Shown one piece after another: positions 47,920 through 60,045 of a stretch of 64,000 bases of DNA. The notes beneath the pieces were generated by a model. The model saw only the letters and a program-made list of their open reading frames with translations. It was not told where the DNA came from and did not search any database. Where the stretch lies: assembly GCA_030390025.1 (NCBI GenBank), contig CM059432.1:16246001-16310000 (forward strand), written 5' to 3'. Positions within the stretch are counted from its first letter, which is position 1. Every line of letters begins with the position of its first letter. The DNA is from Squalus acanthias. Lineage: Eukaryota. The position numbers and the translations under genes were made by a program.

Positions 47920-48250
47920 ATGTAACATAGGAAAATGTGGTTGCTAATTTCTGTACAGCAATGAGATAAATGACCAGATAAATCTTTTGTGATGTTGGTT
48001 GAAGGATAAATATTGGCCAGGACACCGGGGAGAACTCTCCTGCCCTTCGATTTAATGCCATGGGATCTTTCATGACCAGCTAAGAGCTATCTGTCTAACA
48101 TTTTGTCCATAAGATGACAGTTCCAAAGTGCAGTACTCCCTCAGCACTGCACTGAAGTGGCAGCCTAGATTATGTGCTCCAGTCTCAAGTGGAGCTTGAA
48201 CCAGTGACTGACCTTCTGACTCGGGCATGAGTGTTACCACTGAGCCACTG
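47920..48250 (-). mobile_element. Diverged SacSINE1-like SINE
   Basis: Reverse-complement similarity to 8095-8470. Confidence 0.7.
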
Positions 48251-49004
48251 ATCAATATTCCAGGATATATACATATATGCCAAAACAGGCATTTCCAATT
48301 TCACTCACTTCATCCCTTTTATGCTCCTGGTTTAGTTTGAATTCTAGGAGACCAGTAACCATGATTTGGCACCCTGCTAAATCCAGCTCCCTTATCCTGT
48401 CAGCAGACTCGTAAACCTGGAAAACTGGATGCTGGTCTCCTGAAGTTGGAATTAAGCAGCTTCAGTTTAAATTGTACGGGGCTGCATTGTTGACGCTTAT
48501 TTAAATTTAAGGCCTTGCCAGCTTTTTATTTGGATTAGATTTTTTAAAGATCTAGTCCAACTTTATAACATGTATAACTGCTTAAAATTTGTATTCAAAA
48601 AATTGTCTACGTTTAGTGTTTCCATTTTTGAGAACATAAGAAATAGGAGCAGGAGTAGGCCATTCGGCCTCTCGATCCTGCTCTACCGTTCAATAAGATC
48701 ATGACTGATCTACCTCAAATTGAGATTAGGAGTCCTTACATTGGGCATGCTGATTTGAACCTCTACTTTCTGTAAAGTTGGAAATTAGCCCCATTATTTG
48801 CAAGTTTGCACTATTGGTGGGGATCCCTCAGTCCCACATGCTGGAGAATTGCATGGTGCTGCCCTCTCTTTTAAAACCATTAAAAATACAAACACAAAAT
48901 TCTAAGCTGCATGCCTGCAATGTCCCGATATGGGCTGCAGAGGGTTGGGGTGTCCCGCCAGCAGTAGAAACACGGAAAATCAACCCTGATGTCTTTTTAA
49001 ATAA

Positions 49005-49357
49005 AATCTAGGCTGACACTCCAGTGCCGTGCTGAGGGAGTGCTGCACTGTCGGAGGTGCCGTCTTTCGGATGAGATGTTGAACCGAGGCCCCGTCTGCT
49101 CTCTCAGAAAAGATCCCATGGCACTATTTCGAAGAAGAACAGGGGAGTCATCCCAGGTGTCCTGACCAATATTTATCCCTCAATCAACATCACTAAAACA
49201 GATTATCTGGTTATTATCACACTGCTGTTTGTGGGAGCTTGCTGTGTGCAAATTGGCTGCTGCATTTCCTACATTACAACAATGACTACACTTCAAAAAG
49301 TATTCATTGGCTGTAAAGCTCTTTGGGACATCCGATGGTCATGAAAGGTGCTACATA
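49005..49357 (+). mobile_element. SacSINE1-like SINE lacking the tRNA head
   Basis: AATCTAGGCTGACACTCCAGTG through tail, homologous to 8185-8545. Confidence 0.8.
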
Positions 49358-49359
49358 AA

Positions 49360-52300
49360 GAGCTTAAAACTAATGAAGCGGCGGGGATTCAGGAAAGCAT
49401 AACTTCAAAAGCAGTAAGAGAAATATGGCTGTAGAGCAGAGTAGATCTGGGTAAAGATAAGCAGGAAGGGACAGAAAGATTAATAAAGGTCATAGGGCAT
49501 TAGTGCATTAGTGATTAAAGTGACATCAGAGAAAAATAGAAAAAAATTAAAGCTGAAGGTAATGGCCCGTAATTTCCGATCGGAGGCTTCCTGCGTGCGG
49601 AGGCCTCCTATCAGGAAAAAAATCTGCGCACTTACCTGAGGGCTCCAGAGGTCCGGACACTTCCGCTCCTGGGCCTCTCCACAGTCGAAATGCGCAGGGT
49701 GCAGGTATCCCAGGTTCGCAAGTGTCCCTGGGATCACGTGGGCCAGGCGAACCAATGAAAGAAGGGAATCTCCCCCTTTTTGACAGATATATCTGTCAAA
49801 AGTATGAATGGAGATCACCCCAAAAAGATACTAAAACATTAAATAATTATTTTTTTAAATCACGTTTTTAAAATGAGTTAAAATTGCATTAAATTAAATA
49901 TTTTAAACAAAAATTAATTTTTTGGAAAAAAATAATTAGTTTTTTACGGGGCTAAAAATAAACTTACCTTTTTTAAAACTTTTTAAATTCTAAATGAGTG
50001 AAAAAATTTTTTTACTTTTTTAAACTCTTACGCTGGTAAAAGCAGGCCTTGCACCTGCTTTTACCAGGCGTAAGATTTCTAAGGGTTTTCAGCGGGCGGA
50101 GGTTCTGCAGAAAGCGGAACTCTCCACCCCGCAGAGGCCCTTCCCTAGGATTCTATCGAGGATTCTTGACAGATCGGAAGTGCCGGTTTTCAGCGCATGC
50201 GCTTCGCATGCCTGAAACCGGCATTTCCGATGATCCTACGGGTGGGTACGCAGCGCGTACTCACCCGTAGGCATCGGAAAATACGGGCCACTATCTGAAT
50301 GCACGAAACATTCGCAACAAATAGATGAATTAATAGCGCAGATAGAAATAAATGGGTTTGATTTAATAGCCATTACAGAGACGTGGTTGCAGAGTGACCA
50401 AGGTTGGGAACTAAATATTCCAGGATATTTGACTCTTAGAAGAGACAGGCAGAATGGAAAAGGAGAAGGGGTAGCCCTGATAATAAAGGAGGGAATAAAG
50501 ACAGTAGAGAGAAAGGATCTTGGCTTGGAAAAACAAAATGTCGGATCAGTTTGGGTGGAGCTAAGAAACAACAAGGGGCAGCAAACACTAGTGGGGAGTA
50601 GTCTATAGGCCCCCCCTAACAGTGGTTGTAGTGTCGGGCAGAGTATAAATCAGGAAATTAGAGATGCATGTAACTAGGGTAATTCAGTAATCATGGCGTC
50701 TTTAACTTTCATATAGACTGGGCAAACCAAATTTGCAGAAATAGTGCAGAGGAAGAGTTCATGGAATGCATTCAAGATAGTTTTCTAGATCAGTATGTCA
50801 AGGAACCTATGAGGGAATCGGCTATTTTAGATCTAGTACTGTGCAATGAAACAGGGTTAATTAATAACCTTGTAGTAAAGGAGCCTCTGGGGAGCAGTGA
50901 TCATAATATGATAGAATTTTATGTTGCGTTTGAGAGTGATTTAGTTAAGTCCGAAACTGGGGTCCTAAACCTGAACAAAGCAAACTACGTAGGTATGAGA
51001 GGCGAGTTGGCTAAGATAGGTTGGGAAACTAGATTAAAAGATATGACAGTAGAAAAGCAATGGCAAGCATTTAAAGAAATAATTCATAATTCGCAACGAA
51101 TATACATTCCCTTAAGGAATAAAAACACCTGGAAAAATGGTCCAAACGTGGCTAACAAGAGAAATTAAAGATAGTATTAGATTAAAGGAAGAGGCTTATA
51201 ATGTTGCCAAAAAGAATAGTAAGCCTGAGGATTTTAGAATTCAGCAAAGGAGGACCAAGATAATAATGAAAGGGAAAATAGAATGAGAGTAAACTAGCGA
51301 GAGACATAAAAACAGACTGTAAAAGCTTCTATACGTGTGTAAAAAGTAAAAGTTTAGCGAAAGTAAATGTGGGTCCCTTACAGGCTGAGACAAGAGAAAT
51401 TATAATGGGGAATAAGGAAATGGCAGAGAAATTAAACAAATACTTTGTGTCTGTCTTCACGGAAGCAGACGCAAGAAACCTCCCGGAAATAGTGGAGAAC
51501 CAAGCGAGAATGCGAAACTGAAAGAAATTAGTATTAGTAAAAAAAATAATACTGGAGAAATGAATGGGACTGAAAGCCAATAAATCCCCTGGACCTGATG
51601 GCCTAACATCCTAGGGTTTTAAGAGGTGGCTATAGAGATGGTGGATGCACTGGTTGTCATCTTCCAAAAATTCCATAGATTCTAGAACGGTTCCCACGGA
51701 TTGGAAGGTAGCAAATGTAACCCCACTATTTAAGAAAGGAGGGAGAGAGAAAACGGGCACTACAGACCAGTTAGCCTGTCATCAGCAGTAGGGAAAATGC
51801 TAGAATCTATTATTAAGGACGTGGTAACAGGGCACTTAGAAAATAATAATAGGATTGGACAGAGTCAGCACTGATTTATGAAAGGGAAATCATGTTTGAT
51901 AAATCTGTTAAGAGTTTTTTGAGGTTGTAACTAGCAGAATAGATAAGGGGGAACCAGTGGATGTGGTGTATTTGGATTTTCAGAAGGCATTCGATAAGGT
52001 GCCACACAAGAGGTTATTAAACAAAATTAGGGCTCATGGGATTGGGGGTAATATACTAGCATGGATTGGTTAGCGGACAGAAAACAGAGTGTAGGAATAA
52101 ACGGGTCATTTTTGGGCTGGCAGGCTGTAACTAGCGGGGTACTGCAAGGGTCAGTGCTTGGGCCTCAGCTATTCACAGTCTATATCAATGATTTGGATGA
52201 GGGGACCCAATGTAATATATCCAAGTTTGCTGATGATACAAAGCTAGGTGGGAATGTAAGTTGTGAGGAAGATGCAAAGAGGCTTGAAGGGGATATAGAC

Positions 52301-53155
52301 AGGCTAGGTGAGTGGGCAAGAATATGGCAAATGGAATATAATGTGGAGAAATGTGACGTTATCCACTTTGGTAGGAAAAGTAGAAAAGCAGAGTATTTTT
52401 TAAATGGTGAGAGATTGGGAAATGTTGGTGTTCAGAGGGACCTGGGTGTCCTTGTACACGAATCACTGAAAGTTAACATGCAGGTACAGCGATCAATTAG
52501 GAAAACAAATGGTATGTTGGCCTTTATTACAAGAGGGTTTGAGTATAAGAGTAAAGACGTCTTACTGCAATTATATAGGGCCCTGGTGAGACCACACCTG
52601 GAGTATTGTGTACAGTTTTGGTCTCCTTACCTAAGGAAGGATACACTTGCCATAGAGGGAGTGCAACCAAGGTTCACCAGACTGATTCCTGGGATGGATG
52701 TATTATCCTATGAGGACAGATTGAGTAGTCTAGGCCTATATTCTCTGGAGTTTAGAAGAATGAGGGGTGATCTCATTGAAACATACAAAATTCTTACGGG
52801 GCTTGACAAGGTAGATGCAGGGAGGATGTTTTCCCCTGGCTGGGGAGTCTAGAACCAGGGGTCACAGTCACAGAATAAAGGATTGGCCAATTAGGACTGA
52901 GATGAGGAGAAATTTCTTCACTCAGAGGGTGGTGAATCTTTGGAATTCTTTACCCCAGAGGGCTGTGGAGGCTCAGTCGTTGAGTATATTCAAGACCGAC
53001 ATCGATAGATTTTGGGATATTAAGGGAATCAAGGGATATGGGGATAGTGCAGGAAAGTGGAGTTGAGGTAGAAGATCAGCCATGATCTTATTGAATGGCG
53101 GAGAAAGCTCGAGGGGCCAAATGGCCTACTCCTGCTCCTATTTCTTATGTTCTTA
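49360..53155 (+). mobile_element. Decayed CR1 LINE spanning all of ORF2, sense orientation in CHRAC1 intron 1
   Basis: YLNARNIRNK, ITETWL, SDHN, QGSVLGP, KFADD motifs with many frameshifts and stops; 3'UTR and TTCTTATGTTCTTAT tail; interrupted by MITE 49564-50289. Confidence 0.92.
49564..50289. mobile_element. PIF/Harbinger-type MITE, 726 bp, inserted in CR1
   Basis: TIRs GGCCCGTAATTTCCGAT / ATCGGAAAATACGGGCC; flanks AAT / ACT; homologous to 29971-30737. Confidence 0.82.
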
Positions 53156-53418
53156 TAAATGAAAGTCTTTTCTTTAATGATGGGCTCTTTGCATTTTCCT
53201 GTCACTAGTATGTGCTGAAAAGAATCTGTGTTCTAATTAAATAAAGAAACGAAAGACTTCCATTTATATAGCGACTTTCATGACCTCAGTGCTTTACAGC
53301 CAATGAAGTGCCTTTGAAGTGTAGTCGCTGTTGTAATGTAGGAATCTAACGAGTGTTGTATAGTACATCAGTAGGCACCTATGTTGCATATGAATGTTTT
53401 TTTGTGATTGCATTTCAG

Positions 53419-53542
53419 GAATTATTTGTTCAGCATCTTGCCACATTTGCATACAAAAGCAGCAGTTCAGAAAAAAAGGAACTAACCTACAATGACCTGG
53501 CTGACTGTGTGGAGAACTCTGAAACATTCCAGTTTCTGGCTG
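53419..53542 (+). CDS. CHRAC1: CHRAC1 coding exon 2
   Basis: Acceptor TTTCAG|GAA; ELFVQHLATFAYKSSSSEKKELTYNDLADCVENSETFQFLA; donor G|GTGTGT, phase 1. Confidence 0.93.
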
Positions 53543-53589
53543 GTGTGTAAATATCTCAGTAATTATTATAACGGGTGAAAAATACAAGT

Positions 53590-54660
53590 ATCCTTTTTTA
53601 CTGAGAAACTTGGATGAAGGTACTGGCCATAATATTCCAATCCTCCTTAGATACAGGGGTGGTGCCAGAGGACTGGAGAATTGCAAATGTTGCACCATTG
53701 TTCAAAAAAGGGTGTAAAGATAAATCCAGCAACTACAGACCAGTCAGTTTGACCTAGGAAGTGGGGAAGCTTTTAGAAACAAGGACAAAATTAACAGTCA
53801 CTTGGATAGATGTGGATTAATTAAGGAAAGCCAGTACAGATTTGTTAAAGGCAAATCGTGTTTGACTAACTTGATTGAGTTCTTTGATGAGGTAACAGAG
53901 AGGGTTGATGAGGGTAATGCAGTTGACGTAGTGTACATGGATTTCCAAAAGGCGTTCGACAAAGTGCCAGCAAAGTTGAAGCCCATGGAATAAAAGGGAC
54001 CGTGGCAGCATGGATACGGAATTGTCTAAGTGATGGGAAACAGAGTAGTGGTGAACGGTTGTTTTTCGGACTGGAGGAAGGTATACAGTGGTGTTCCCCA
54101 CGGGTCGGTTCTAGGACCACTGCTTTTCTTGATGTATATTAATGACTTGGACTTGGGTGTACAGGGCACAATTTCAAAATTTGCAGATGACACAAAACTT
54201 GGAAGTATAGTGAACAGTGAGGAGGAGAGTGATGAACTTTAGGAAGACATAGACAGGCAGGTGAAATGGGCGGACACGTGGCAGATAGAATTTAACGCAG
54301 AAAAGTGTGAAGTGATACATTTTGGTAGAAAGAATGAGGAAACTAAATGGTACAATCCTGAAGAGGGTGCACGAAAAGAGAGACCTGAGGGTATGTGTGC
54401 ATAAATTGTTGAAGAGGGCAGGTTGAGAAAGCAGTTAAAAAGGCTTACGGGATCCTGGGCTTCATAAATAGATGTATAGAGTACAAAAGTGTGGAAATTA
54501 TGATGAAACTGTAAAACACTGGTTCGGCCCCAATTGGAGTACTGTATCCAATTCTGGGCACCACACTTTAGGAAGGATGTGAAGGCCTTTAGAGAAGGTG
54601 CAGAAAAAGTTTACGAGAATGATTCCGGGAATGAGGGGCTTCAGTTACGTTGGAGAGATT
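53590..54660 (+). mobile_element. Decayed CR1 RT fragment in CHRAC1 intron 2
   Basis: KGKSCLTNLIEFF, DFQKAFDKVP, GVPHGSVLGP, KFADD in shifted frames. Confidence 0.88.
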
Positions 54661-54669
54661 TAACACTGT

Positions 54670-55102
54670 CCTAAGGAGTTTTGGCCCTCAGCACCACTTT
54701 TGAGGTTCCTAAGTGCTGAGCTCTTTCCCTGAGCCTATCCATTAGTCCTTCCAACACAATTACTTTAGAAGTCTCTCCAGGCCAAGATTCAAGGCTGCAG
54801 TGAGCAGAGTGTGGCTGGCCAGCAAGATGGCCCCTCCCCTTTAAGAACTGGGCGGCGCCAGTCTGTCTGGCTTCCATGGTAACTGACATCGCCTGAGCTT
54901 CCGTAGCGTTCTGAGGTAGCGCCTCGCTCCCCGATGTTTGCGCCTTAAGAGAGGTGTGTAGCGCCTGATTTAGCGCTCAAATCACCTCCAGGGGCGATAG
55001 AGGCGAATTTTTCAGTCGGAGGCAATAATTAGCGCCAGGCGCTAAACTTTGCGCCCGGCCGATATTAGTGCCCCAAAATGGGCGATACCCAATTTTTGCC
55101 CC
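54670..55102. mobile_element. GC-rich MITE fragment (PIF/Harbinger-like)
   Basis: Ends CCCAATTTTTGCCCC, complementary to GGGGGTGAAATTGGG at 63412; shares CCTTCCCTTTAAG-like and AGCGCC motifs. Confidence 0.55.
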
Positions 55103-56086
55103 ACTGTGCCATTTCTGCCCAATGACCTTGCTGTCCCATGGAGCCCTCGCGTGTCCAATAAATATTTGAATCTAGTTTTACCAAGTTTATAAAATTCTAC
55201 TTGCTGATTATCTGGAGGTGGGGTAAATTATAGCTGATGCTCAAAGTGGTAAATAATAATATGGTTATCCCCTAAAGCAAAATCACTCTTTCTTTTGCTA
55301 TCCAGTCTTTTCAGAACTGTTTGTAGTGTTTCCCAATCATATGCAGCAGCTGGGCTCTGTGTGTATTTTTATTCCGTTTTGAATTCAGGTAAACTTTAGA
55401 CCAGTTCAAACCCAGTCCTGCTTACTGTAACATTTTTTTAAATCAAAGACTTTACAGATTTTGGATGTATTGTATAACAAGACAGTGAAGCAATTGAGAT
55501 GAATTTTGAGTGAAAAAGAACAAAGGTTCCTCATCACATCTCAACTGTCTTAAGTGCTTCACACACAACAAAGCCATTTTGCGCACAAGATTATATAATC
55601 AGCAATGAGCTGAATGACCAGAAAATCTGCCGGTGGTGGTTATTGATAGAGGAATGGTGGCCAAGACACTGAGTGGATTCCCTGCTGTTCAGATAGTGAC
55701 ATTGGGATCTTTAATGTTCCTCTAAATCGAGAACAGGCAAACAAGGCTTTGCTTTAATGTCTCGTCCGAAGAATGGTTTCTTGGCTACCAACTGCCCAAT
55801 TTATGCCATAAGTGGGCAGCTGGCAGCAGAAAATCCATGTCACCAGCTTGGTTGATTCAGTTATATGCAGACATAGAGATAGTTGCCAGGTCTTCTTGAC
55901 TTCAGACAAAGTAAGAACTCCGGTGGTGTAAGGCTATGCTTTTTTAAAAAAAAAAAAATTATTCTCAGGATGCGGGCGATGCTGGCAAGGCTGCATTTAT
56001 TGCTCATCTCTAATAGCCGTAGTGATTGTTTTTATAACTGAGTGGATTGGCGCTTAAAAAGGGCATTAAGAGTCAGCCACATAGTT

Positions 56087-56676
56087 TTTATTATTCGTTT
56101 ATGGGATGTGGGTGTCGCTGGCAAGGCCAGCATTTATTGCCCATCCCTAATTGCCCTTGAGAAAGTGGTGGTGAGCCGCCGCCTTGAACTGCTGCAGTCC
56201 GTGTGGTGAAGGTACTCCCACAGTGCTGTTAGGGAGGGAGTTCCAGGATTTAGGATCGGCGATATACTTCCAAGTCAGGATGGTGTGTGACTTGGAGGGG
56301 ACCTTGGAGGTGGTGATGTTCCCATGTGCCTGCTGCCCTTGTCCTTCTAGGTGGAAGAGGTCGCGGGTTTGGGAGGTGCTGCCGAACAAGCCTTGGCGAG
56401 TTGCTGCAGTGCATCTTGTAGATGGTGTACACTGCAGCCACGGTACGCCGGTGGTGGAGGGAGGGAATGTTTAAGGTGATGGATGGGGTGCCAATCAAGC
56501 GGCTGCTTTGTCCTGAATGGTGTCGAGCTTCGTGTTGTTGGAGCTGCACTCATCCAGGCAAGTGGAGAGTATTCCATCACACTCCTTACTTGTGGCTTGT
56601 AGATGGTGGAAAGGCTTTGGGGAGTCAGAAGGTGAGACCCTCGCTTCAGAATACCTAGCCTCTGACCTGCTCTTGT
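56087..56676 (-). mobile_element. CR1-clade (non-canonical) LINE 3' fragment
   Basis: Reverse-complement homolog of 11010-11629. Confidence 0.85.
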
Positions 56677-56938
56677 GACACTGGAGTCACATATAGGCCA
56701 GTAGGGGTGGCAGGTTCTTTTCCCTGAAGATCATTAGTGAACCAGTCTGATTTTATTTCACAGTCCGGCAGCCTTCATGGCCATTTTTGTTCCTTCATTG
56801 AAGTCATTGAAAAAAATATCCGGCGGAGTGTAAAACGGATTGCCGATCACCCATATTGCACTACAGCCCAAGACAAATTTCACTCCCAACGTAACAAAGT
56901 ATCACTATTACTTCAGAAATTGTCAGTCAATTAAAGTA

Positions 56939-57309
56939 CAGGAAACTCTCATTTAAACGGCACCTAATTATCCGGAATTCTCTAATAACCGGCAAAATTC
57001 TGGAGTAGGTTTTGAGGCTACCGTATACTGTATATTTGTGGCTGTGTAACCGGGGTTCTCGTACCTTTTGCCGTGTAACCATGGCCCCTGCACCTCTGGT
57101 TGTGTAACCGGGTCCCCTGTACCTGTGGCCATGTAACAGGGGCTCCTGCACTTGTGGCTGTGTTACGGGGCTCCAGCACTTGTGGCTGTGGAACGGGGCT
57201 CTCGTACCTTGGGCCATTGTCACTCCATGTCCCTTCTTCGTTATCCGGAATTTTTAATCAACCGGCACCATCCCGGTCCCGTAGGTGCCGGATACGAAAG
57301 AGTTTCCTG
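56939..57309. mobile_element. Tc1/mariner (Tigger/pogo-like) MITE containing ~6 x 29-bp tandem repeats
   Basis: TA|CAGGAAACTCT...AGAGTTTCCTG|TA; internal GTGGCTGTGTAACCGGGG...-type units at ~57036-57210. Confidence 0.8.
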
Positions 57310-57345
57310 TACATCTGTTTTAACAATGTAACAATATTGTTACAG

Positions 57346-57503
57346 ATATTTTGCCAAAGAAGATCTTGGCAAGTGAATACCTGAAGATGCTCGAGGAGGA
57401 GAAAGAAGGAGGAGGTGGTGATGAAGATGGTAATGATGACGAAAATGATGAGGATGACGATGAGGAGGAGGAAGATGAGGATGAAGAAGAAAACGAGTCC
57501 TAA
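57346..57503 (+). CDS. CHRAC1: CHRAC1 coding exon 3 with acidic tail
   Basis: Acceptor TTACAG|AT completes Asp; DILPKKILASEYLKMLEEEK followed by a D/E-rich tail and TAA; spliced CDS 447 nt = 148 aa + stop. Confidence 0.93.
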
Positions 57504-57877
57504 AGAAAGTTAGAAAGTGCTGTTTTCTCTGTGCCAGTGTCTTGCTGAAGATTGTACGAAGGCTGCGGTACACAGCACGAGGAAAACTCAATACCTAAGA
57601 CTATTGTGTCCTTGGGACGAGTCAGCACAAATCTACATATGCACAACTTCTAAATTCCATAATATGAGCCACTACGAAGAACTGACCAATAATCAGATGG
57701 TAAGTCTGGGGTTAGTGTTAACAGTTCTTTCAGTTCAATGATAGGAAACTGCCCTTTTTTTTTGAAAAGAGAGATCAGATTTTGTTCCTTCCCGTTTGTA
57801 TTATTGGTAAATAACATGAAAAAATTGGTATAATATTGTGTGTATATATGTGAAATATACTTTTGTATGTTTGGAAA

Positions 57878-57883
57878 AATAAA
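57878..57883 (+). terminator. Probable CHRAC1 polyadenylation signal
   Basis: AATAAA 375 nt after the stop, preceded by TGTA/U-rich elements. Confidence 0.6.
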
Positions 57884-58084
57884 GAGACAAATACGTTACT
57901 GAACTGATGGAGTTCATTTAATTACAATCAAAATATATTCTAGGAAGTGCATTATTATCTTTTGGAAGAAATATGCTCAATTTTATAGTTCTGAATTTTC
58001 AGTAGGGTAAAGTCAGTGTTGTTGCCTCCCAGTGGAGAGTGAGATCACTGAATTATTCAACATCGGTCGCTATTTGTAAGTGTC

Positions 58085-58540
58085 CTCCGAGGTTCAATTG
58101 GTAGCAGCCACACCCCCTGCCCCCCCCCCCCCCAAACCACCGAGTCAGAAGGTTGTGGGTTCAAGTCTCATTCCAGAGACTTGAGCACAAAAATCTAGGC
58201 TGACACTCCAGTGCATTACTGAGGGAGTGCTGCACTATCTGAGGTGCTTACTTTCGGATGAGATGTTAAACCGAGGCCCGGTCTGCTCTCTTGGGTGGAC
58301 GTAAAATATCTCGTGGCACTATTTCAAAGAAGAGCAGGGGCGTTATCCCCAGTGTCCTGGCCAATATTTATTCCTCAATCAATATAACAAAAACTGATTA
58401 TTTGGTTATCACGTTGCTGTTTGTGGGAACTTGCTGTGCACAAATTGGCTGCCGCATTTCCTACATTACAACAGTGACTACACTTCAAAAAATACTTCAT
58501 TTGCTGTAAAGTGCTTTGGGACGTCCGGTGGTCATAAAAA
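58085..58540 (+). mobile_element. SacSINE1-like Deu-domain SINE with C-run in head
   Basis: Homolog of 8095-8568. Confidence 0.8.
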
Positions 58541-59284
58541 GTCATTTTTTTTTTCCTCATTTGAAAGCAAACTCCAGGGAACACGATCAGAAGTTGTACT
58601 AAGCCTTCCCCAGTCTCTCAAATTTAATTATAGGCAGCCTTTTGTATTGAAGTGATTTTGATTTTCTAGCAGTGAAAATCATGCAATATTACTGTAGTCA
58701 AAACTTGTGTACGAGTTCAACTTTTTTGCTTTGGGTGTGAGACCAGGTCAAGAAGGTAGTCTTGTACCAATTTGTTTTCACATTGGCTACACTACAAGTG
58801 CAACTGGTACAAGGCAGATTTTCCAAATTTAAGCTTTAAGTAGTTTTCAGCTGGACTGTTTCTGATGCCCTGCTGACTCTTAACATTAACATTTTACCAT
58901 TTTGGATGCCAGCACTGAACTGCTCAGTATTTATGCTTTCCCCTGATTTGGGAGTGATGTAAAGCCAGCAGTATAAGAAGTGCTATTGGCTTGCACAGGT
59001 CTCAGTATAGCTACAGTGTTCAGAGATCTAAAGCGTCCCTTTTTTGTTTAATTCACAAATTTCCTTGTGGGTGATGTTGAGAGTGCAGCCAGTGGTTACT
59101 CCCATCACAGATAAGACTTAGGAAGAATTGTACCTAACTGATTTACCTTGTCGTCTAATAAATCCTTCAGAAACCTTGGTTCACCAGACGATTAGTTCTG
59201 CATTGAAGGACAAAGCTCAAAACAACAACATTCTAGAAAAGGTCAACCTGGATTTTTTGATTGTTAACTGCTCAAAATAAAAAA

Positions 59285-59422
59285 AAAACTGCAAATGGAA
59301 ATTCAAAACAAACCGAAAATGTTGGAAACGTTCAGCAGGTCAGGCAGCATCTAGGGATAGAGAAACAGTTAATGTTTCAGGGCAATGACCTTTCATCAGA
59401 GCAAGCTCTGATGAAAAAGTCA
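59285..59422 (-). mobile_element. Diverged Penelope terminal fragment with degenerate hammerhead and short fold-back
   Basis: Similar to 9140-9236; TTTCATCAGAGC-AA-GCTCTGATGAAA hairpin at 59391-59416. Confidence 0.6.
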
Positions 59423-59844
59423 AAAATTGCATTAATGTAACTAATTCCTGAAGGCTAAGGCAAAAAGATCTTTGTTTTTTATTTTCTCCTCTTCTGTGGG
59501 TTGGAGTTAAGTAGTATCAGCAGGATGCTGCTTCTGCCTTGAAATGGTGAGACTTCCTGTTCATTAATGGCGATGTACTGCATTCTCAAATGATCTTTGT
59601 AACTATTAGAACATGTTGGAAAAATCTCTGCCAGAAGAATGTTTTGAATTTAGCTCTTAAATTCTAACTGCTACAAGTGTCTGAATGTTCAAGAATAGAA
59701 ACATCCCTTTGCATTAAAGAGTTGCTGGATTTTAACAATGGACTGAAAACACTTGACTAAATCAGAAGTAAATTCTTAATGAGATATACTTAGTAATTTT
59801 AATTATCTGGAACCCTGGGTGACTGATGTAATGAGTAATAGGCA

Positions 59845-60045
59845 TCAGCCATGGTGCTCAGTGGTACCACTCTTGCCTCAGACAAGGTTGTGGGTTCAAG
59901 CCCCACTTCAGCACAAAATCTAGGCTGACATGCCACTGCAGTACTGAGGGCGTGCTGCACTGTCAGTGGTGCCGTATTCTGGATGAGACGTTAAATCACC
60001 GCATCGTCTGTGCTTTCAGGAAGATGTAAAAAGATCCCATGGCAC
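59845..60045 (+). mobile_element. SacSINE1-like SINE 5' half
   Basis: GCTCAGTGGTA, GGGTTCAAGCCCC, AATCTAGGCTGACA. Confidence 0.7.

Noticed and set aside
46231..48073. Five long Pro/Thr/His-rich or Gly/Trp/Val-rich ORFs (381-587 aa) on both strands
   Set aside because: Artefacts of the G/T minisatellite, which lacks stop codons; they lie in CHRAC1 intron 1 or antisense to exon 1.
57340..57591. His-rich minus-strand ORF
   Set aside because: Antisense reading of the GAT/GAG repeats encoding the CHRAC1 acidic tail.
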